From Vibrio vulnificus CMCP6 (GTDB taxonomy: Bacteria > Pseudomonadota > Gammaproteobacteria > Enterobacterales > Vibrionaceae): DNA of 32,000 bases. Of this stretch, positions 25,501 through 32,000 are shown in pieces. Numbering within the stretch: the stretch's first letter is position 1; each line of letters opens with the position of its first letter. The stretch covers positions 510,001 through 542,000 of the forward strand of contig NC_004460.2 in the NCBI RefSeq assembly GCF_000039765.1. The letters are read 5' to 3'. Below the pieces are notes generated by a model. That model searched no databases. It saw only the letters and a program-made list of their open reading frames with translations, and was not told the origin of the DNA. The position numbers and the translations under genes are program-made.

Positions 25501-26858
25501 TCAGCATCATTAAGCGTTTCTTGGGCATAGGGCAACCTCGCCAAAGTGCCGAACACCACTATGAATTTCTGCCTGCGCATCTTGCTTTGGCTCAAAAACC
25601 GCCATCGCCCTTTGCACGGCTAACCGCGATAACACTGAGTATTGGCGTACTGGCTGCGCTGCTTTGGGCGTATTGGGGGAAACTGGATGTACAAGCCACC
25701 GCCACGGGCCGCCTTGTGGTCTCTGGCCGCTCACAAGTTATCCAATCTTATGAGCAAAGCCGCGTAATGAGCATCCATGTGAGGGATGGCCAGCGGGTGG
25801 AAAAAGGTGCGCCCTTGTTGACCTTGGATACGCTCGGGGTGAATCAAGACATCACACGTTTGATCACTCAATCCGAGTTTCAAACCAATGAACTCATTCG
25901 TTACCGCACTTTACTCAACGACCAACCTTTGGTTCAAGACCCAATGTTCACCGCCTTGCCAACAGAGCAACAGGCGCTGATCAATGAAAACTATCTCAGT
26001 GAGAAACGAGAATTTGACGCCACGTTAGCGAGCATCAGCGCAGAAATGAAGGTCAATCGCACCTCTCAAGCCGCTCGTCAAAGCGACATCAACGCTCTAA
26101 TTCAGCTCACCGAGAACATCAGCCAACGTCTTGCTGCCCGTAAAACGCTCAATCAGGTTAAAGTCATTGGTCACGTCGAGTATCTAGAGCAAGAGAAAGA
26201 GTTGCTAGAAGTACAGCGCCAAGTCGCTCAGCAACGAGCAGAGCTACAAGTGCTGAAATCGCAATATCAAAGCCTCGAAGAGCGTCAAACGGGTTTCAAA
26301 GCGCAAAAGCATCGAGAGTGGCTGGAAAAGCGCCGCCAAGCAAAATTGCAGTTGGCCGCGTTGAATCAAGAGCTCTCTAAAGTGCGTGAGCGCGAACAGT
26401 TGGAAATCATTCGCTCTCCTGTCGATGGCACTGTGCAGCAACTTAGCGTCTATACCCTAGGCGCAGTGCTGCAACCTGCGCAAAATTTAATGATCATCGT
26501 ACCGGAAAACAGCGTGCAGCTGGCGGAAGTTCAGATCCTCAATAAAGACGTTGGCTTTGTCTATCCGGGCCAGTCGGTCACGGTCAAAGTGGATGCGTTT
26601 CCCTACACACGATACGGAACAATCGACGCTGAGCTGCTGAGTATCTCACGCGATTCCACCACCGACGAACAGCTTGGGCTGGTCTTTCCTGCTCAAGTAC
26701 AACTGAACAAAAACAATATCGTCATCGATGGTCAAACGGTTGAGCTGACTCCTGGCATGTCAGTAGTCGCTGAAATTAAGACCGATAAGCGACGCGTTAT
26801 CGACTACCTACTCAGTCCAATTCGCGAGTACCAAGCTGAAGCGTTGAGGGAGAGATAG
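25497..26858 (+). CDS. rtxD: MARTX type I secretion membrane fusion protein RtxD (HlyD family)
   Basis: The ATG at 25497 overlaps the rtxB stop (ATGA), indicating translational coupling. It has an N-terminal TM (LTAITLSIGVLAALLWAYWG), a long coiled-coil (..ELLEVQRQVAQQRAELQVLKSQYQSLEERQ..) and a C-terminal HlyD beta-barrel region. Confidence 0.92.
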   Translation: MISIIKRFLGIGQPRQSAEHHYEFLPAHLALAQKPPSPFARLTAITLSIGVLAALLWAYWGKLDVQATATGRLVVSGRSQVIQSYEQSRVMSIHVRDGQRVEKGAPLLTLDTLGVNQDITRLITQSEFQTNELIRYRTLLNDQPLVQDPMFTALPTEQQALINENYLSEKREFDATLASISAEMKVNRTSQAARQSDINALIQLTENISQRLAARKTLNQVKVIGHVEYLEQEKELLEVQRQVAQQRAELQVLKSQYQSLEERQTGFKAQKHREWLEKRRQAKLQLAALNQELSKVREREQLEIIRSPVDGTVQQLSVYTLGAVLQPAQNLMIIVPENSVQLAEVQILNKDVGFVYPGQSVTVKVDAFPYTRYGTIDAELLSISRDSTTDEQLGLVFPAQVQLNKNNIVIDGQTVELTPGMSVVAEIKTDKRRVIDYLLSPIREYQAEALRER

Positions 26859-26860
26859 AG

Positions 26861-29029
26861 ATGACTGCCACGTTATCAGCCAATGAGCATATCGACACCA
26901 TAGGGCAAGTGCGACCAGAAGAAACCACACGTAATAACTGGGGAATCGAGGCCGTGGTTTACGCTGGCCAACAGTTCCATAAGAAATCGTCCAGCTCACA
27001 GCTTAAGCACGCATTAGGCGTAAGTCATGCTCACCTGAGTGACATGGAGATGAGAGAAGCGGCGGACTATCTGGGCCTTAAAAGCCAAGTAACCACGCTG
27101 CATACTCAAGCGCTCGACACTTTGCCGCTCCCTGCCCTTATCGAGAATAACCATGGCTGGCAAGTGATAACCCAAGTCAGTGATGGGCATTGGACATTTT
27201 ATGATCCCTCGACGCAACAGCTGCAAACACAGCCTGTATCGCCAAACCCATCTCAGCGAAAGCACAAAGTGATGCTGCTCGCCGATGAGCAGCTCAGCAG
27301 CAAAGAGGTCAAATTTGGTCTGAGCTGGTTTGCGCCTTCGATTCTGCGACAAAAGAGCCAATTGCGTGATGTGTTTCTTTACGCTATCGCGTTACAGGTG
27401 TTTGCTCTCGTTAGCCCAATGTTGTTTGAAAATGTCATCGATAAGGTACTGGTTGGGCGCAGTTTATCCAGCTTGCACGTACTGGCGCTGGCCATGTTGG
27501 CATTGGCCATTGCCGAGCCAGCATACAGCTACTTACGAAACACGGTGTTTGGCCACCTTGCCAGCCAAGTGAATGCCGAGCTTTCAGGTCGGCTTTATCG
27601 CCACTTAGTCGGTTTGCCATTAACCTATTTTAAGCAGCGTCAAACCGGCCAAATCATTGCTCGAGTGCGTGAAATGGCACAAATTCGTCAATTTTTGACG
27701 GGGTCGACACTGATGCTGCTGCTTGATCTGATTTTTGTCACCGTCTTCCTTGCCGTGATGTTTCATTACGCCAGCACGCTCACCTGGTTGGTGATTGGCT
27801 CCTTGGTGATTTACTTTGTACTGTGGCTCATTGCAGGGCCGCTGATCCGCAAAAAAGTGGAATCGGAGTACGAGTCCGACGCTAGCGCAACCACGTTTTT
27901 GACCGAGGCCGTGACTGGCATTGAAACCATCAAAACCACTGCCACAGAGCATCGCTTTCTCGAACAGTGGCAACGTATTCTTAGCCAACAATTAAACCGA
28001 AGCTTTGACGCGCAAAAATCGGGGCTGGTTGCAGGGCAAGCTATCGCTTTGGTGCAGAAGCTCACCGCCGCGCTACTGCTTTGGTGGGGCGTGAGCGCGG
28101 TGCTTAAAGGGGAAATCACGCCCGGCCAATTAGTCGCATTCAACATGCTTGCTGGCCATGTGACGCAACCTGTCTTACGTCTGGCACAAATTTGGCAAGA
28201 TTTTCAGCACACACTCATCGCTTTAAGACGCGTGGGCGATATTCTCGATGAACCAAGAGAGAACAGTAAACAAGGTTTAGCCTCGGTACCCGAGCTCGAA
28301 GGTGGCATTGAGTTTAGTAACATTCGTTTTCGCTATCACGAGGATGCACCAGAAGTGTTGGCCAATTTGTCCCTCAAGATTCAGCCAGGGCAATTTATCG
28401 GCGTTACTGGGCCTTCAGGCTCAGGGAAAAGCACGCTCACTCGTTTGCTACAGCGCTTATATGTTCCTCAGCATGGGCAAGTATTGGTCGATGGAATGGA
28501 TCTCGCGATTGCCGATCCCGTTTCTCTGCGTCGCAACATGAGCGTGGTATTGCAAGAGAGTATCCTCTTTTCCGGCAGTGTGGCGGACAACATTCGTTTA
28601 TGTAAACCGCAAGCCAGCGACGAAGAGATTCGCCACGCAGCGCACTTAGCAGGCGCATTAGAATTTATTGAAGGGCTTCCTCACGGTTTTAACCAGCCAG
28701 TGGGTGAAAAGGGCGCGGCACTATCTGGTGGTCAAAGACAACGTATTGCTTTGGCAAGAGCCCTACTGGTGGACCCTAGAATCTTGTTGCTCGATGAAGC
28801 AACCTCCGCACTTGACTACAATTCTGAAGCGGCAATCATGAGCAATATGGATGAAATTTGCCGTGGCCGCACGGTGATCAGTATTGCGCATCGACTCAAC
28901 ACCATTCGTCATGCCGATAACATTTTTGTGCTCGATAAAGGCCAAGTTGCCGAAAGCGGCACACACGATGAGTTAGTTGCCCAACAAGGTTTATACGCTA
29001 AGCTTTGGAAGCAGCAAGTGGGCGGATAG
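26861..29029 (+). CDS. rtxE: Second MARTX type I secretion ABC transporter ATPase/permease RtxE
   Basis: 722 aa, paralogous to RtxB, with Walker A GPSGSGKST, signature LSGGQRQR, Walker B ILLLDEATSALD and H-loop SIAHRL. It starts 2 nt after the rtxD stop. A second ABC protein is the hallmark of MARTX-type T1SS. Confidence 0.92.
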   Translation: MTATLSANEHIDTIGQVRPEETTRNNWGIEAVVYAGQQFHKKSSSSQLKHALGVSHAHLSDMEMREAADYLGLKSQVTTLHTQALDTLPLPALIENNHGWQVITQVSDGHWTFYDPSTQQLQTQPVSPNPSQRKHKVMLLADEQLSSKEVKFGLSWFAPSILRQKSQLRDVFLYAIALQVFALVSPMLFENVIDKVLVGRSLSSLHVLALAMLALAIAEPAYSYLRNTVFGHLASQVNAELSGRLYRHLVGLPLTYFKQRQTGQIIARVREMAQIRQFLTGSTLMLLLDLIFVTVFLAVMFHYASTLTWLVIGSLVIYFVLWLIAGPLIRKKVESEYESDASATTFLTEAVTGIETIKTTATEHRFLEQWQRILSQQLNRSFDAQKSGLVAGQAIALVQKLTAALLLWWGVSAVLKGEITPGQLVAFNMLAGHVTQPVLRLAQIWQDFQHTLIALRRVGDILDEPRENSKQGLASVPELEGGIEFSNIRFRYHEDAPEVLANLSLKIQPGQFIGVTGPSGSGKSTLTRLLQRLYVPQHGQVLVDGMDLAIADPVSLRRNMSVVLQESILFSGSVADNIRLCKPQASDEEIRHAAHLAGALEFIEGLPHGFNQPVGEKGAALSGGQRQRIALARALLVDPRILLLDEATSALDYNSEAAIMSNMDEICRGRTVISIAHRLNTIRHADNIFVLDKGQVAESGTHDELVAQQGLYAKLWKQQVGG

Positions 29030-29067
29030 TCCTTTGATACCGTACATTAGGCACTGATAACAAATCC

Positions 29068-29102
29068 GAGAGTGGAAACGCTAGAAGCGCGTTTTCACTC
29101 TC
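29068..29102. terminator. Strong hairpin between convergent rtxE and the solute-binding protein gene (probable bidirectional terminator)
   Basis: GAGAGTGGAAACGC (29068-29081) pairs with GCGTTTTCACTCTC (29089-29102): 14 bp with one G-U, and a 7-nt loop. Neither side has a classic long U-tract. Confidence 0.55.
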
Positions 29103-29109
29103 AACGGTA

Positions 29110-29859
29110 CTATTTATACTCACCACGTGTTGATGCTTCGCGATACGCGTCCAGGCGCCCTTCACTTATCAACTTATTTAGACCTCGGTTGAACGCCTCT
29201 TTTAACTCTTTTGCCTTCGGCGAGTTTTTCGAAAATAACACCACATACTCTCGGGCTGCCAGCGCCTTGCTGTTGGGCTCCAGTTTATCTGTAAGCTTTA
29301 AGTTATTGAGAAATTCCATGCCCACATCCATATCCTCAAGGACGATATCCAATCGGCCAGCGCTGAGCTTTTTATAGTTATTGTCTGCGTCAGAGATTCT
29401 CTGTACGGTGATTTTGCCTTGCTCTTCTAAATCTTCTATCCCATACGCATATCCCGTCACCCCACCGATGCGGTATTTGCCCAGTTCTTCGCGGCTGTTC
29501 CACATAATGGGTTTACTTTTTTGTTGAAACAGCGCAGTGCTCAGCGTAATAACGGTATCTGAAAAGTAGAAATCTTGCGCTCTTTCATCACTCCTTCCCC
29601 AAATGAACGTTGCATCAAAGTTACCTGCTTTGGTTTCCTCATACCCTCTCTTCCAAGGGAGATACTCAAACTCAACTTGGTAACCTTCGCTTTCGAACAC
29701 CTCTTTAATAAACTGGGTCATAAAACCGCCCTCTTTGAGCGATTTTGACATGTAAGGAGCCCATTCTCCGTTTGCGAGTCTGACTGTGTCGGCGTGTGCC
29801 ATTCCCACCAATAGAACGCTCAACCAAAGAGCCGATAAAAATTCCCTTAATAAGCGCAT
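29110..29859 (-). CDS. Orphan periplasmic solute-binding protein, family 3 (amino-acid ABC-type SBP fold)
   Basis: 249 aa with a signal peptide (MRLLREFLSALWLSVLLVGMAHA/DT) and the typical SBP_bac_3 pattern (..GEWAPY.., ..EYLPWKRG.., ..FDATF.., ..GRLDIVLED..). GAGGGA SD is upstream. No permease or ATPase gene is adjacent. Confidence 0.8.
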   Translation of the reverse strand: MRLLREFLSALWLSVLLVGMAHADTVRLANGEWAPYMSKSLKEGGFMTQFIKEVFESEGYQVEFEYLPWKRGYEETKAGNFDATFIWGRSDERAQDFYFSDTVITLSTALFQQKSKPIMWNSREELGKYRIGGVTGYAYGIEDLEEQGKITVQRISDADNNYKKLSAGRLDIVLEDMDVGMEFLNNLKLTDKLEPNSKALAAREYVVLFSKNSPKAKELKEAFNRGLNKLISEGRLDAYREASTRGEYK

Positions 29860-30216
29860 CGTTTGCTCCCTCTATGTGTTGTTGGAATATCTCAAAGTAT
29901 AGTCACTTCCCCCAAAAATGAAGCCGACTCGTCCATTTCATATTTAGCTCATTGCTATAGCTTTGTTTCTTAAATGAATAAATCACTACTCTCAATCTTA
30001 GGCTCCTCACCTTTCGACATCTCATCCCTTTGTTCATGGTGTGCTAAGTTGGGCCGAAAAGAGGATAATCCTGTTTAATGCAGCACAATTTACTATTAAG
30101 AAACAAAGCCCATTACTATTTCGGGTTTTGCCATCAAACATAGGAGAGAAGCCCGTAATGGCATCTTCAAAGAAGGCGACTAAACTTAGAACATTAGAAT
30201 CCACTCATGATTGATT

Positions 30217-30990
30217 ATGCGTTATATACTCTTACTGTTTTTAATGGCCTTACCCTGCCACTTGCTGGCTGACCAAAATAACAAAGTGGTGAAGTTTGCT
30301 ATTGGTGATTGGGAGCCTTACACCAGCTCTATTCCCCAACAAGAATTAAAGATATCTGAGACATTGGTTCGAAGAGCATTCGAGCTCCGCGGATACACCA
30401 TTGAATTGGAGTATTTTCCTTGGGTTCGATCATATCAATATGCTATCGAAGGCCGATTTGACGCTTCGTTTCCATGGATGAAAAACGAAGAAAGAATAAA
30501 GCATTTCTATTACTCCAACCCTATTTTCAGTCAACGCATACAGTTTTTTTACCACAAAGATAGTGAGTTTAGTTGGCAGCTTCTCACCGACCTTGATGCT
30601 TATCGCTTAGGTGCTACACAGGGATATCAAGCGACTTTTTTTCTACAGAAACACGGTGTTGACATCGAAGTGAACAACGCCGAAGAAGACAATTTTGTGA
30701 AAATTGCCAAGGGTAGACTGGATGCCTACGCGACAGGTGTAGAGCGAGGTTGGTACATCCTTGAAAATTATGTCCCAGAAGAGTTGCGAGAATACATAAG
30801 ACTCGATCCCAAACACCTCCTAAAAGAGGAAATGTACGTCATTTTCAGCAAATTTGATGAGCAACGCAGTAAGCAACTGCTCCAGGAATTTAATGCGGGC
30901 CTACAACAACTGATCGATAGTGGCGAGTATGTCGACATTATGAAATCAGAAGCCGCTTTTCTGGATAGAATTCAAAAGTCTGAGCCTTAA
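30217..30990 (+). CDS. Orphan periplasmic solute-binding protein, family 3 (paralog of 29110-29859)
   Basis: Signal peptide MRYILLLFLMALPCHLLA/DQ. It is homologous to the neighbouring SBP along its whole length (GDWEPY, EYFPWVRS, FDASF, GRLDAYATG). ATG at 30217 is preferred to TTG at 30211. The SD is weak. Confidence 0.78.
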   Translation: MRYILLLFLMALPCHLLADQNNKVVKFAIGDWEPYTSSIPQQELKISETLVRRAFELRGYTIELEYFPWVRSYQYAIEGRFDASFPWMKNEERIKHFYYSNPIFSQRIQFFYHKDSEFSWQLLTDLDAYRLGATQGYQATFFLQKHGVDIEVNNAEEDNFVKIAKGRLDAYATGVERGWYILENYVPEELREYIRLDPKHLLKEEMYVIFSKFDEQRSKQLLQEFNAGLQQLIDSGEYVDIMKSEAAFLDRIQKSEP

Positions 30991-31028
30991 ATCAGCCAAT
31001 CAGCCTTCATCCCCTCCACTATTTTGTT

Positions 31029-31503
31029 GTGTTTAGTCATGACAGCGTCCGTTTTCGCCACCTAGTGCTTAGACATTGTTCTATAGTTACCCACATCAAC
31101 CCCAAAGGCGGGCGTTTCAATGATGGATTGTTTGGCGCATTTTACCTTGCTTCCCGTGAACAAACGGCTGCACTAGAAGTAAAACACCATCAACAGCGAT
31201 ATTGGGCGAATGTCGAAGGGCCCGTCGTCACTCACTCAGCCGCTCCGATTCATAAAGTAACGTGCCAGCGAAACCGAATTCTTGGATCCCCACAGTTATG
31301 TGGCTTCTCAACAGTTAGCCAGAGAACTGAAAAAGAAGCGAGTAGCCGCAGTGGAATACCCTTCCGTTCGAGCCGATGGCACCTGCTGGGCACTGTTCAC
31401 TCCAAAGCCTATCGGCGACATCGTCCAGAGCTATTTATTGGAAATGATCTGGGACGGAGAGAAAATCGCCGAAGTTAACGAAGTGAATCATATCGATATT
31501 TAG
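31029..31503 (+). pseudogene. RES-domain toxin remnant (NAD+-targeting RES/Xre TA family), frameshifted, no antitoxin gene
   Basis: The N-terminal half is in the frame of 31029 (..GGRFNDGLFGAFYLASREQTAALEVKHH.. carries the RES Arg and Glu). The C-terminal half is in the +1 frame of 31282 (..DPHSYVASQQLARELKKKRVAAVEYPSVRADGTCWALFTP.. carries the RES Ser). The frame switch lies between ~31215 and 31260, and the second frame has a TAA at 31255-31257. Confidence 0.55.
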
Positions 31504-31521
31504 CCGTGACGCTCGACTTGG

Positions 31522-32000
31522 CTACATGCGAATTCCGCCATCCACTTCCAGCACTCGTCCTGTAATGTATTCGTTTTCGAAAATGAACTTCACTGTGTGT
31601 GCAATTTCGCTGGCTTCACCCATTCGCCCCACGGGGATCATTTTCTCTAGTCTGGCGATGGCCTCAGGTTTCATCTGATCCGCCATGGCAGTGTGAATCA
31701 CACCGGGCGCGATCGCCGCAGCGCGTATGCCGTAACGTGCAAGCTCTTTGGCCCAAGTGGTAGCCAATGTCGCCACCGCCGCTTTTGATGCCGAATAGTT
31801 GGTTTGACCAATATTGCCCGCGCGGGACACGCTGGAAATGTTGATGATGACCCCTTTGCGTCCAGTTTCAATCATTTTGACTGCCGCTTCACGCCCGCAC
31901 AAAAACGTGCCAGTGAGGTTGACTTTGATCACCGAGTTAAACTGCTCCAGTGACATTTTGCTGATGTTGCCGTCTTGCACTTTGACCAGCATGCCATCGC
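31522..32000 (-). CDS. Short-chain dehydrogenase/reductase (FabG-like 3-oxoacyl reductase), C-terminal part; continues past the right edge
   Basis: SDR catalytic pattern ISSVS...NYSASKAAV (Ser...YxxxK) and C-terminal GRVLEVDGG. The reading frame stays open to position 32000. Confidence 0.8.
   Translation of the reverse strand, partial: DGMLVKVQDGNISKMSLEQFNSVIKVNLTGTFLCGREAAVKMIETGRKGVIINISSVSRAGNIGQTNYSASKAAVATLATTWAKELARYGIRAAAIAPGVIHTAMADQMKPEAIARLEKMIPVGRMGEASEIAHTVKFIFENEYITGRVLEVDGGIRM

Noticed and set aside
6466-29029. The idea that the window encodes a previously undescribed system.
   Set aside because: Gene order, protein length and catalytic-residue numbering all agree with the well-studied V. 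vulnificus-type MARTX locus as I remember it. The flanking genes are ordinary metabolism, chemotaxis or binding proteins. Only sub-features (RtxH, the duplicated N-terminal module, the CBM-like domain, the control region) remain unexplained.
31029-31478. The 149-aa ORF taken at face value as an intact hypothetical protein.
   Set aside because: Only its first ~65 residues look like a RES domain. The remainder (..CGFSTVSQRTEKEASSRSGIPFRSSRWHLLG..) is the out-of-frame reading of the RES C-terminal half, which is encoded in the 31282 frame.

Overview
This is a Vibrio-type chromosomal window, most consistent with Vibrio vulnificus judging from the toxin. It is dominated by a complete MARTX (multifunctional-autoprocessing repeats-in-toxin) locus. 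rtxH-rtxC-rtxA lie on the minus strand (rtxA is 15.6 kb, 5206 aa) and are divergent from the rtxB-rtxD-rtxE type I secretion operon across a ~440-bp very AT-rich control region. By reading the translation I resolved the toxin, from N to C terminus, into: A repeats interrupted by a tandem 137-aa duplication; ~36 B repeats; a jelly-roll/CBM-like module; a long Q/A/K/D/E-rich low-complexity segment; five effector modules (DUF1, RID, ABH, MCF, RRSP); the CPD autoprotease; and C-terminal RTX repeats with a secretion region. The left flank holds etfA (partial)-etfB, a divergent ETF-ubiquinone oxidoreductase, a methyl-accepting chemotaxis protein and a periplasmic BsrV-like broad-spectrum racemase. 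The right flank holds two divergent paralogous orphan periplasmic solute-binding proteins, a decayed RES-domain toxin remnant and a partial SDR reductase. I saw no rRNA, tRNA, CRISPR, integrase or transposase. Honest assessment: the dominant system is a well-described toxin, and this effector arrangement is the one I recall for V. vulnificus CMCP6/YJ016-type RtxA1. I cannot support a claim of a new system. The least-explained pieces are RtxH, the duplicated N-terminal module, the CBM-like module, the rtxH/rtxB control region, the orphan binding-protein pair and the RES remnant. All domain boundaries are hand-derived and approximate unless a codon is given.
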